Below are positions 9,751-18,747 of a stretch of DNA of 64,000 nucleotides, in pieces; positions within the stretch are counted from its first letter, which is position 1; every line of letters starts with the position of its first letter. The translations under genes were made by a program, and so were the position numbers. The stretch is taken from positions 82 through 64,081 of the forward strand of contig JBDREH010000036.1 of NCBI GenBank assembly GCA_043819945.1, written 5' to 3'. This DNA is from Bacillota bacterium. Its GTDB lineage: Bacteria; Bacillota_I; Bacilli_A; Acholeplasmatales; Acholeplasmataceae. The notes below the pieces were generated by a model. That model made no database searches, was not told the DNA's origin, and saw only the letters and a list, made by a program, of their open reading frames with translations.

Positions 9751-10745
9751 TGAAACAGATAATTGATCGTTACGTGTTTGACGTAATCAGAAGATTGCCA
9801 GATGATAGCAAAGAGGATGTTAAAAAGGAATTGCTGGCAAATATTGATGATATGCTAGCTGAGAATCGCAGTGAAGATCATATCGAAAAAGTGTTATTAG
9901 AGTTAGGCGAACCCAGACTTTTGGCAAATCGATATCGGTCAAAGGATCGTTATTTGATTTCTCCTGCATATTTTGACGATTATTTGCGTATTCTCAAGAT
10001 TGTCATGATTATTTTTCTTTCCGTCTCATTGGTTTTTGGATCTATTGACCTAATCCTTAATCTATCTACACAATCACCTTGGGAGATGATAGGAGAAGTG
10101 TTTTCAAAATTAATCGTTAATGCATTTACTTCACTACTATCTGCATTTGCTTGGGTGACTCTAATATTTTGGGGCATAGAAAAAGCAGAAGAAAAAACAA
10201 AGATCAAAGTTTGGAAGCTTTCAAATTTACCTGAACTACCAAAACAAAACTCAGCTAAAATCAATCGAACAGGTGCCGTATTTTTGCTAGTGATTGAAAC
10301 TATATTTGCAGTGATATTCATTAGTTTGCTCATCAACTATATAGATTATTTAGGTATATATGAGAACACAACGATGGTTGCTCCTATTTTTACAAAAGAA
10401 ATCGTTGCAGCCTTTATTCCATTACTTATATTGTCGGCATCACTTTCCATCATTGTCAGCGCGATTAAAGTATTTTATGCAGCATGGAATGTAAAATTGG
10501 TGTGTATCTATACATTGAGCAAAGTATTTTCTGTGATTGTTGCAATTATCTTTATTAATTATCCCAATCTATTCAATATTTTAATGTTTGATAAAATAGG
10601 GGAGTATTTATCTATTACTACCAATGAAGTTGCAGATGGGTTTGCTCGAGGTATTCGCATCTTCAGCATCTTCTTAGGTTTAGCTGTGACAGTTGATCTG
10701 ATTACTACTTGGTTGAAAACAATAAAAACTACAAAAAGCAATTAA
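9747..10745 (+). CDS. PadR-associated membrane protein with N-terminal HAAS-like domain
   Basis: IDRYV..V.RRLP...DV.KEL..NIDDML...LGEPRLLA.RY N-terminus followed by multiple TM helices; overlaps padR stop. Confidence 0.75.
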   Translation: MMKQIIDRYVFDVIRRLPDDSKEDVKKELLANIDDMLAENRSEDHIEKVLLELGEPRLLANRYRSKDRYLISPAYFDDYLRILKIVMIIFLSVSLVFGSIDLILNLSTQSPWEMIGEVFSKLIVNAFTSLLSAFAWVTLIFWGIEKAEEKTKIKVWKLSNLPELPKQNSAKINRTGAVFLLVIETIFAVIFISLLINYIDYLGIYENTTMVAPIFTKEIVAAFIPLLILSASLSIIVSAIKVFYAAWNVKLVCIYTLSKVFSVIVAIIFINYPNLFNILMFDKIGEYLSITTNEVADGFARGIRIFSIFLGLAVTVDLITTWLKTIKTTKSN

Positions 10746-10759
10746 CCTTAATACTCAAC

Positions 10760-10786
10760 AAATGCATTTCTAAATGGAATGCATTT
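10760..10786 (+). terminator. Intrinsic terminator
   Basis: aaatgcatt...aatgcattt followed by T-rich run. Confidence 0.65.
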
Positions 10787-10868
10787 TTATATTTTTTTTA
10801 CTTTGTACCAGTAAAATAGACTACTAAAATCGTTTATATGGTGATTAAAGAAAAGAGAGGGAAGAAAA

Positions 10869-11909
10869 ATGAAAAAAATTTTATTAAGTTTCACCATGTT
10901 AATGATTGTCGTTGGCTTATCTTCGTGTACTGGCTTATCTGCTTTTGTACAAGCTTTTGAATTTGCATCAGATGAAGAAGTATTTTCTTTTTCAGCAATT
11001 TCAACATCAGCATTGCTTAGTGATAAAGTAGTTGAACCTTTATCAGCAACACATGCTGTAAGTCGCTTAAGTAATGAAACCCCTAATATGACAATTGAAC
11101 AAATTGAGCCATTTCTTGAGATGTTTGAATCACTTTTAATGCAAAACAACGGGTTATCAGTAGTTACAGGTGAATCTGATCTTGAGCTATATGAAACAAA
11201 AAGTGAATTTACAGTTGTGGATTTACTCGGGACTCCAGTGGTTTACACAATGTACTATAATACTATTCTATTGAATGAGGAAATAGATGAACAAGAGTTA
11301 CAGTACGAAATCAATGGCATTTTATTGGTCGGTACAACTGAATATCAAATCACTGGAAGTAAAAAGATTGAGGATGGAGAAGAAAAAATGACTTTTAAAT
11401 CCTATTTTGATGAAAACAACTATGTTATTTCAAAATATCAAATTGAAGATGATGAAAAGAAATTTTCTATTCAAGTCGTTGAAAATGGGATTACCGTATT
11501 ATCAAGTAAGATTAAAGTTGAAATTGAAGATAATGAAACTACGATTAAACTTGAATATACCGAAGGCGTCAATCAAAGCATCTATTCTTTCAAAGTTGAA
11601 GTTGAAGGTGATATCAGTGTTTTGAAAATCAAATATCAAACAGTATTTGATGGTGTTGAAGACTCAGGAAAAATTACAGTACAGGTTGCAATCGATGAAT
11701 TAACTGGAGTAGCAAACTATCAAATATATATAGAACCAGATCATGAAGAGGCTTATGAACATGAGTCTGAACGTAAATCCAATGATGATGATGACGATCA
11801 GGATGATTACGAAGATCAAGATGATCAAGACGATCAGGACAATCAGGACGATTATGATGATCAAGATGATAATGATACAGAAGACATAGTTACAGGTGCA
11901 ACAGTGTAA
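10869..11909 (+). CDS. Lipoprotein with acidic C-tail, paralogous to the anti-sigma ectodomain at 12528-13691
   Basis: LSSC lipobox; shared blocks with 12528 ORF (IEPFLEM/IEPYLEM, DLLG, VENG, YQT, YEHESERK/YEYESDRK); Asp/Gln-rich tail. Confidence 0.8.
   Translation: MKKILLSFTMLMIVVGLSSCTGLSAFVQAFEFASDEEVFSFSAISTSALLSDKVVEPLSATHAVSRLSNETPNMTIEQIEPFLEMFESLLMQNNGLSVVTGESDLELYETKSEFTVVDLLGTPVVYTMYYNTILLNEEIDEQELQYEINGILLVGTTEYQITGSKKIEDGEEKMTFKSYFDENNYVISKYQIEDDEKKFSIQVVENGITVLSSKIKVEIEDNETTIKLEYTEGVNQSIYSFKVEVEGDISVLKIKYQTVFDGVEDSGKITVQVAIDELTGVANYQIYIEPDHEEAYEHESERKSNDDDDDQDDYEDQDDQDDQDNQDDYDDQDDNDTEDIVTGATV
11784..11876 (+). repeat. Imperfect 9-bp in-frame repeats encoding a DDQ acidic tract
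   Basis: gatgatcaa/gacgatcag-like units; protein DDDDDQDDYEDQDDQDDQDNQDDYDDQDDND. Confidence 0.8.
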
Positions 11910-11955
11910 AGATAAGTGTCTAGAAAGTAAATATACTCGTGAATTAATAATCTAG

Positions 11956-12002
11956 TGTAAAATAGTGATTAGAGAGTTGCATTCTTGAAATCACTATTTA
12001 CA
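11956..12002. promoter_or_regulatory. Long hairpin abutting the RBS of the ECF sigma gene
   Basis: tgtaaaatagtgatt (11956-11970) pairs with aatcactatttaca (11989-12002); no U-tract; GAGGAG RBS follows at 12004. Confidence 0.5.
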
Positions 12003-12016
12003 TGAGGAGTTTTCGA

Positions 12017-12556
12017 ATGGTAATCAATCAATCATATATCGATAGAATCAAAAACAAAGATGATGATGCATTTGAATATATTTACGAAGCTACCAAAAGA
12101 GCTGTGTATTCTGTGATTTTTGCTATCACTAAAAATTATTTTGTTTCTGAGGATTTAATGCAGGAAGTCTATATGAAAATGATTGCTTCCATTCATCAAT
12201 ACAAAGAAAACACGAATTTTTATAATTGGATTTTGCAAATCGCACATCATCTAGCAATTGATTATTACCGCAAAAATAAGAGAAAGATTAGTTTGGATAT
12301 CAATGACTATAACGAAATATTAGTTGGCAAAGAACTAAGACCCGATGAAGAAGAACAATTTATGCAGATGATTGAAGTACTAGATGAGGATGAACGTTTG
12401 GTAGTTATTTTAAAAGTTGTTGATGAAATGAAACACCGTGAAATAGCAAAACTGCTTGAAAAACCAATTGGAACAATCATATGGATATACCAAAAAGCGA
12501 TACACAAACTCAAGAAAGTAGGAGAATATGATGATGAAAAAACAGCAAATAATTAA
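12017..12556 (+). CDS. ECF-type RNA polymerase sigma factor
   Basis: Region 2 (AFEYIY...EDLMQEVYMK...FYNWILQIAHHLAIDYYRK) and region 4 (LDEDERLVVIL...HREIAKLLEKPIGTI); RBS supports ATG 12017. Confidence 0.92.
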   Translation: MVINQSYIDRIKNKDDDAFEYIYEATKRAVYSVIFAITKNYFVSEDLMQEVYMKMIASIHQYKENTNFYNWILQIAHHLAIDYYRKNKRKISLDINDYNEILVGKELRPDEEEQFMQMIEVLDEDERLVVILKVVDEMKHREIAKLLEKPIGTIIWIYQKAIHKLKKVGEYDDEKTANN

Positions 12557-13691
12557 CTTATTTAAACAAAATATTGAATCGCATATTCCAACTGCTATGC
12601 CTAGAATTGATTGGAGTCTTGTTCTTGTTGAACAAAGCGATTCCACCTTGTTAAACTTAAGAAAACCTCATTCCAACCTGTTTCCTGGTTTTAAAATGAT
12701 CTTAAGTGTGATGTTTGTTTTTGCAATGATTATCTTTGGAATCGGTTTATTAAACACAAATCCAGTTGAAGAATCTAAGAACCCATACACGAACATTGTC
12801 TATCAAAAGACATTATCAATTTCCGCTGTATCAACAGCAACATTAATCAGCAATTATACTGCGACATCAGTATCAACCAATCAAGCTCTCAGCTTAGCTT
12901 ACGAGCTTGCTGCGACTCAAACAGTTGATACAATAGAACCATATTTAGAAATGATTGAAACAATCACAGGTCAAAACCTAGGTATTGCGATAACAAATGA
13001 AATTTCAGAGAATCCTTTATATGAATCAAAAGTTGTCTTAACCACCTTAGATTTATTAGGAAATGTAATGACATATACACTATACTTCAATTCAATATCT
13101 TACCAAGAGAAAGATAATCAAGTTGAATTTACAATTGAAGGAATCTTCTTATTTAAGAATAGACAATATGAATTTCTTGGGAAAAAAGAGATTGATGGTG
13201 ATGAAGAGATTATTGCTTTTAAAACCATTTCCGATGCCAGTAATTATGTTGAATCAAGCTATAAAATAGAAGATGGAGAAAGCAAATATAATATCAAAAT
13301 TGTTGAAAATGGTGTAATTGTATCACAAAGTAAAATTAGGATAGAAGATGAAGATGGCCAGAAAAAAATTAATTTTGAATATATCGATGGGCAAAATAAC
13401 AGTCAATATGAATTTGAATACGATACTGAGGGTGGCAAAAATATTCTAAAGGTAGAATATCAAACAATAACAAATGGTTTTGAAGAGTCAGGTCAAATGC
13501 AGGTTGAAATTAAAATTGACAGCATTACAGGACAAACTTCATATCAAATATTTGTTAGACCTGATGGCGAAAACGAATATGAGTATGAATCAGACAGAAA
13601 AATAGATCATGATGATGATGACGATGAGCAAGAACCCGATGAGGAGAACGAACGAGACGAAGAAGATGAAGAAGATGAGTCTGAAGATTAA
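12528..13691 (+). CDS. Putative anti-sigma factor, single TM, large ectodomain
   Basis: Overlaps sigma gene end; short cytoplasmic N-terminus, one TM, ectodomain homologous to upstream lipoprotein, acidic tail. Confidence 0.7.
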   Translation: MMMKKQQIINLFKQNIESHIPTAMPRIDWSLVLVEQSDSTLLNLRKPHSNLFPGFKMILSVMFVFAMIIFGIGLLNTNPVEESKNPYTNIVYQKTLSISAVSTATLISNYTATSVSTNQALSLAYELAATQTVDTIEPYLEMIETITGQNLGIAITNEISENPLYESKVVLTTLDLLGNVMTYTLYFNSISYQEKDNQVEFTIEGIFLFKNRQYEFLGKKEIDGDEEIIAFKTISDASNYVESSYKIEDGESKYNIKIVENGVIVSQSKIRIEDEDGQKKINFEYIDGQNNSQYEFEYDTEGGKNILKVEYQTITNGFEESGQMQVEIKIDSITGQTSYQIFVRPDGENEYEYESDRKIDHDDDDDEQEPDEENERDEEDEEDESED

Positions 13692-13806
13692 AATCAGAGA
13701 AATTCAGACTTAATTTTGAGGAAATATCCAATCTATTTTCAATTTGATCTTTTAACGATTCGATTCGACGACATTAAAAAGATTATCATAGGAAATTAGT
13801 ATTGAT

Positions 13807-13837
13807 AAACGCAATGTGCTCAGCATTGCGTTTTTTT
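13807..13837 (+). terminator. Intrinsic terminator
   Basis: aaacgcaatg-tgctcag-cattgcgttttttt. Confidence 0.8.
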
Positions 13838-13997
13838 GACTGACTTTTCATCAATTGCATTTGATATGTAATCGATACGTATATATCACCTGTTTATATT
13901 TTTTCGTTATATTTGACTTATTTTAGCTAAAAATGAATTTAGATTTCTTTTATTTAATCCATTTGTCGTATAATATAACTAAATAAGAGGTGAAAGC

Positions 13998-15812
13998 ATG
14001 TGGAAAATTAAAGAAAGATTTGCTCGTGCCAAGAGCTTAATAAGCATTAAAACATATAAAAGACCTTTGATCTATATCATTTCACTCATGGTTATTCTCA
14101 ATCTCATTATTCTTTCAATAGCTGCAGTTATTGCTTTATTCATTGATGATGAATTCAGTAATTTTGTTGATGCATTTGCCAATGGCAGCTTGAAATGGAT
14201 GCTTGCACCTAATGCTATTTTGAGTATACAAAATCCAGATATGCTAGTTTTGGCAGTTATCGTATTAGTTACTGGGATCATTCTATTTTCAGGTACAATT
14301 ATTGCATTAACAACAAATGCAATTAAAGATTATGTTCAAAAGAAAAATAGTGGTTCAGGTAAAATTCATCTAGATCACCACATTGCCATCCTCAACTGGA
14401 ACAGCAAAGTTCCGGAACTCGTATCTGATTTACTCTATGTTGAAGATAAAGAAGTCACTGTGATGATTTTGGCTGATATCGACAAAAATTATGCTGAAAA
14501 ACAAATCATCAATGCAATACATAAGACAAATATTACGCAAAGTATCGTGAAAATGAACGTATTGGTGAAGCGCGGAGATCCATTGTTGAGAAGTGATCTT
14601 TTAGATATTTCAATTGAAAGAGCTAAGGCAATCCTCATCATGAATCCAGACCGTCATCAAACGGTTTATAAAAACATGTCCAAAAGTGATCTAGCAGTCA
14701 TTAAAGTTATTTTAGGACTTGGTCCGATTGAATTTCTCTATGAACCTCCTATCGTTGTAGAGATTAAACACATTGATAGCAGAGAAAAGATTATGACGCT
14801 TTCCAGAGTAGTTGATAAACTTCACGAGCATATCATTATGCCGATATGCTTCGATATGAGACTTGGGCAAATCATAGCACAAACCTTAATTGAAAATCAG
14901 ATTGAAGATGTATATTTAGCATTATTTTCATTTCAAGGTTCTGAAGTATATGCACTCGAACATACAACGTTTGATGAGTGTATAAGCAATAACTCACACG
15001 CTATTCCCCTTACTATTCAGGATGATCTACTTTTTGTATTATCGCTTAGTGACAACGTTAAATCGAAGAAATCCCCACATCTTCATCCTTTGATTAAAAT
15101 GAAAGCAAAACCAATGTCCAACCCATCGGATATTGAAATATTTATTATCGGTAAAAACAATAAGTTGCAATTTATTCTTGACTCACTCAATCAATATGAA
15201 AAGATTCAAAAAAGTAAATTTCAAGCTTCATGGGTTGATGATGAAGATATTTCTGAACTTGTTGCAAAATTGAACCAATCAAACCAATCAACCTCTATTC
15301 TTTTATTAAGTGATGAGAGCCAAGCTGAAGATGCACTTGATGCCAATGTTATTGATAATCTCATTTACCTAGAAGGCAATCTTACGAATAAAAATGTTCA
15401 TATAATCGTTGAACTATTAAATCCTAAAAACGACCCTATTGTTAAAGATTTTAATATCAAAAATACGATCATTTCCAACAAAATAATATCTCTTCTATTG
15501 AGCAAGCTTGCTTTATATAAAAATACAGCTCCATTTTATGAAGACTTGCTGACTATTGAACCCAATGAGAGTAATGTAGATAAGCTGGCAATAACCATCA
15601 AAACTGCCCATGAGTGTTTTGATGAAACCTTTCCTTTAGTTTTCAAATCAAAAAAACAGGCTATCCATTCGATATATGAAAGCTTGAATCAAGAATATAT
15701 AGTTCTTGGATATTTCCACGATAATCAACTCCTTATTTTTGAAAATGATTTACACAAATCAGAAACGATCACTATTCAAGGCGATGATCGAATCATTCTT
15801 ATTCGCATCTAG
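13998..15812 (+). CDS. CASTOR/POLLUX-like putative ion channel (2 TM plus RCK-like domains)
   Basis: Two N-terminal TM helices around a re-entrant segment, then HIAILNWNSK and RGDPL...L.DISIERAKAILIM RCK-type motifs, second RCK-like half. Confidence 0.6.
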   Translation: MWKIKERFARAKSLISIKTYKRPLIYIISLMVILNLIILSIAAVIALFIDDEFSNFVDAFANGSLKWMLAPNAILSIQNPDMLVLAVIVLVTGIILFSGTIIALTTNAIKDYVQKKNSGSGKIHLDHHIAILNWNSKVPELVSDLLYVEDKEVTVMILADIDKNYAEKQIINAIHKTNITQSIVKMNVLVKRGDPLLRSDLLDISIERAKAILIMNPDRHQTVYKNMSKSDLAVIKVILGLGPIEFLYEPPIVVEIKHIDSREKIMTLSRVVDKLHEHIIMPICFDMRLGQIIAQTLIENQIEDVYLALFSFQGSEVYALEHTTFDECISNNSHAIPLTIQDDLLFVLSLSDNVKSKKSPHLHPLIKMKAKPMSNPSDIEIFIIGKNNKLQFILDSLNQYEKIQKSKFQASWVDDEDISELVAKLNQSNQSTSILLLSDESQAEDALDANVIDNLIYLEGNLTNKNVHIIVELLNPKNDPIVKDFNIKNTIISNKIISLLLSKLALYKNTAPFYEDLLTIEPNESNVDKLAITIKTAHECFDETFPLVFKSKKQAIHSIYESLNQEYIVLGYFHDNQLLIFENDLHKSETITIQGDDRIILIRI

Positions 15813-15901
15813 GCAGGCTTGTTTTCAAAAAATAAATGCATCAATATTGAGTAATTCATTTATTTTGGTAAAATGAAGATGTAGTAAAAAGGAGGAAATC
15901 A

Positions 15902-16417
15902 ATGAATATCTATGATTTTAATATTAAGAATACTAAGCAACAAGATGTGTCACTTTCAATCTATAAAGACAAGGTGTTATTAGTTGTGAATACAGCAACT
16001 AAGTGTGGCTTTACTCCTCAGTATGCAGCTTTAGAAACCTTATATGAGAAGTACAAAGAAAAAGGATTTGAGATACTGGACTTCCCTTGTAACCAGTTTT
16101 TAAAGCAAGCACCAGGAACAGATGAAGAACTTAAATCATTTTGTACATTGAATTATGGCACTACTTTTGAGACATTTGCTAAACTTGATGTCAATGGGAA
16201 TCATGCTCACCCTGTTTATATCTATTTACGAAATGAGATTCAAAGGGACATTACCGGAGGAAGAAAACCAAGTATCCTCTCAAAACTCGCAACTTCAGAT
16301 CGAATCAAGTGGAATTTCACGAAATTTCTTATAGATAGAAAAGGCAAAGTCATCCATCGTTTCGCTCCCGGATATGAACCTGAGAATATTGCTAGATACA
16401 TAGATGAAGTCATCTAA
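15902..16417 (+). CDS. Glutathione peroxidase family protein (Cys type)
   Basis: VVNTATKCGFTPQY, FPCNQF, IKWNFTKFLID. Confidence 0.95.
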   Translation: MNIYDFNIKNTKQQDVSLSIYKDKVLLVVNTATKCGFTPQYAALETLYEKYKEKGFEILDFPCNQFLKQAPGTDEELKSFCTLNYGTTFETFAKLDVNGNHAHPVYIYLRNEIQRDITGGRKPSILSKLATSDRIKWNFTKFLIDRKGKVIHRFAPGYEPENIARYIDEVI

Positions 16418-16433
16418 TTCAATTAGAATAATT

Positions 16434-16460
16434 AAAACACGATAATTTCGTGTTTTTTTT
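16434..16460 (+). terminator. Intrinsic terminator
   Basis: aaaacacga-taatt-tcgtgtttttttt. Confidence 0.8.
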
Positions 16461-16518
16461 GGCAATTCTAACTATGTTTCCCATGAAGAAATTATAAATA
16501 TAATAAACATAAAAAAAA

Positions 16519-16592
16519 TGAAAGCGTTTTTCATGATAGTCTTTTATATCATATAAGAATATGATAAGATATAGGTACAATAACATATGATA
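16519..16592 (+). promoter_or_regulatory. Candidate operators upstream of dehydrogenase operon
   Basis: cre-like TGAAAGCGTTTT at 16519-16530; perfect TATCATAT-AAGA-ATATGATA at 16547-16566; extra ATATGATA half-site at 16585-16592. Confidence 0.45.
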
Positions 16593-16604
16593 AAGGTAAT
16601 AGCG

Positions 16605-16910
16605 ATGCGAATTGAAAGACATCCAATTTTAGATTTTCCGAAAAAGCAAGCGATTTTTTTTATGTTTGAAGGCGAAAAAGTGATGGGATTTCATGGGGAT
16701 ACGATTGCTTCAGCACTTCATGCTTTAGGCATAAAAACACTCAGCTATAGTATCAGTAAAAATCGTCCACGAGGCTTTTACTGTGCAATCGGAAATTGTG
16801 CTTCATGCAATATGATTGTCAATGGAGTTCCCAATGTTAGAACATGCATAACATCCCTTGAAGAAAATATGATTGTTGAAAGACAAATCAACAAGGGGGT
16901 AATCAAATGA
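16605..16910 (+). CDS. (2Fe-2S)-binding subunit of flavin amino-acid dehydrogenase complex
   Basis: GDTIASALHA...RPRGFYCAIGNCASC...VRTC; similar to the sarcosine oxidase alpha N-terminus / Fer2_4. Confidence 0.88.
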   Translation: MRIERHPILDFPKKQAIFFMFEGEKVMGFHGDTIASALHALGIKTLSYSISKNRPRGFYCAIGNCASCNMIVNGVPNVRTCITSLEENMIVERQINKGVIK

Positions 16911-17998
16911 CCTATAAAGACTTGATCATTATTGGTGGTGGGCCATCAGGTCTATGTGCAGCTAAAACTGCTTTGGAAGCTGGAATCTCTGTTTTGATTA
17001 TTGATCGCAGTGAAAAACTCGGTGGTCAACTTGTCAAGCAAACTCATAAATTCTTTGGTTCTAAGGATCAGTATGCAAAAACTAGAGGATTTGATATTGC
17101 AGAGAAATTAGTTAAAGATTTGAAAAATTATGAAAATTTGCAGATATTGATTAATGCTACTGTTGTTGGATTGTATAAAGATAAGGTTGTCACTGTTTTA
17201 AACAACGAAAAATATGTGAGATATCAAGCGAAATCAATCATTGTTGCTACTGGAGCAAGTGAAAAGTTTTTGGCTTTTGAAAATAATGATTTACCTGGAA
17301 TCTATGGAGCTGGAGCTACACAAACGCTCATGAATAATTATGGAGTTCTACCTGGAAAAGAAGTTGTCATGATAGGAAGTGGGAACATTGGTCTTATTGT
17401 TTCCTATCAGCTAATGCAAGCCGGAGTCAAGGTCAAAGCCATCATTGAAGCTTCACCTACCATCGGAGGGTATAAGGTTCACGCTTCAAAAATGACTAGA
17501 CTAGGTGTTCCAATCTTGACATCAACAACAGTCAAAAAGGCAATTGGAGAAACAGAAATTAAGGCAATTGAAATCGTATCTTTAGATGAGAAATGGCAAG
17601 AATTACCTAATACGAGTCGAATCATTGAAATTGATGCTCTTTGCATTTCAGTCGGGCTATCACCAATGCATCAACTTTTATCGATGGTTGGAGCTCGCAT
17701 GAAATTTGTTTTTGAACTAGGTGGATTTGTTCCTATTATCGATGATAACAACCAAACAACACAAGACTCCATATTTGTTTGTGGTGATGCTGTAGGTATT
17801 GAAGAGGCAAGCTCAGCAATGATGGAAGGTTATATGACTGGACTGTTTGTTGCCAAACACTTGAATCATCCCCATCCAAATCATGAAAAATTAATTCAAT
17901 ACTATGAAGAACAACTCAAATTGCTAAGAGATGGTCCATTTGGAGAAAAGACTAAAGTAGGACTCAGTAAATTAAAAGAAGGTGACACACATGCTTAA
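16907..17998 (+). CDS. FAD/NAD(P)-dependent oxidoreductase subunit
   Basis: IIGGGPSGL, LGGQL, VATGA, GSGNIGL, GDAVGIEEA motifs. Confidence 0.88.
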   Translation: MTYKDLIIIGGGPSGLCAAKTALEAGISVLIIDRSEKLGGQLVKQTHKFFGSKDQYAKTRGFDIAEKLVKDLKNYENLQILINATVVGLYKDKVVTVLNNEKYVRYQAKSIIVATGASEKFLAFENNDLPGIYGAGATQTLMNNYGVLPGKEVVMIGSGNIGLIVSYQLMQAGVKVKAIIEASPTIGGYKVHASKMTRLGVPILTSTTVKKAIGETEIKAIEIVSLDEKWQELPNTSRIIEIDALCISVGLSPMHQLLSMVGARMKFVFELGGFVPIIDDNNQTTQDSIFVCGDAVGIEEASSAMMEGYMTGLFVAKHLNHPHPNHEKLIQYYEEQLKLLRDGPFGEKTKVGLSKLKEGDTHA

Positions 17999-18473
17999 TC
18001 ATAGAGGTATACCGACAAAAGCACAAGTGCTGTCAAGATTTCCTGATGCAAAAGCATTATTGCGTCCAAAAGCAATTCTCGAGTGTTATGAAGATATTCC
18101 TTGTAATCCGTGTGAAACAAGCTGTCCTTTTGATGCAATTTCGATAGGATCTAATATAAATCTACAACCACAATTGATTGTTGAGGCATGTACAGGTTGC
18201 GGTATTTGTGTGACTAGCTGTCCTGGACTGGCAATTATTGTTGCACAGATCATAAAAGATCAAGCAATGTTCAAACTTCCTTATGAATTTTTACCTTATC
18301 CAAAAAAGGATGAAATATGGCATGGTATCAATCGCAGTGGTGATGTCATCTGTGATGCGAAAATCCAAAGTGTTTTATTCAATAAAAAACAAGATCATAC
18401 CTTGCAGGTTACAGTTTTAGTACCTATAGATTACCTTTATAATTTTGTTACCATAAGAGCTAAACATGAATAA
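17991..18473 (+). CDS. 4Fe-4S dicluster ferredoxin-like subunit
   Basis: C..DIPCNPCETSCP and CTGCGICVTSCP; RBS supports ATG 17991. Confidence 0.88.
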   Translation: MLNHRGIPTKAQVLSRFPDAKALLRPKAILECYEDIPCNPCETSCPFDAISIGSNINLQPQLIVEACTGCGICVTSCPGLAIIVAQIIKDQAMFKLPYEFLPYPKKDEIWHGINRSGDVICDAKIQSVLFNKKQDHTLQVTVLVPIDYLYNFVTIRAKHE

Positions 18474-18747
18474 GCATAATATCATTATTTGTCGTTGTGA
18501 AGACATCACTTTACAACAAGTTCATGATTTACTTGAAGAAGGATATACAACCTTTGAAGATCTAAAGCGACTTTTACGAGTTGGCATGGGACCATGCCAA
18601 GCAAATACATGTGGGCATCTCATTCAAAGAGAAATAAGCAAGTATTTACAGGTCCCGGTTGAAGATGTTGCTATCCAAAAAGTTAGACCTATGACAATGG
18701 GCGTGCTACTCAAGATGATTGCGGAGGATCAAGAAGATGAAAACTAA
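18466..18747 (+). CDS. BFD-like (2Fe-2S) subunit
   Basis: ICRCEDIT...GMGPCQANTC...RP motif. Confidence 0.88.
   Translation: MNKHNIIICRCEDITLQQVHDLLEEGYTTFEDLKRLLRVGMGPCQANTCGHLIQREISKYLQVPVEDVAIQKVRPMTMGVLLKMIAEDQEDEN

Noticed and set aside
10809-10836. ECF-type promoter for the lipoprotein (CGTTTA at 10831)
   Set aside because: No AAC-type -35 at the usual spacing; cannot be supported.
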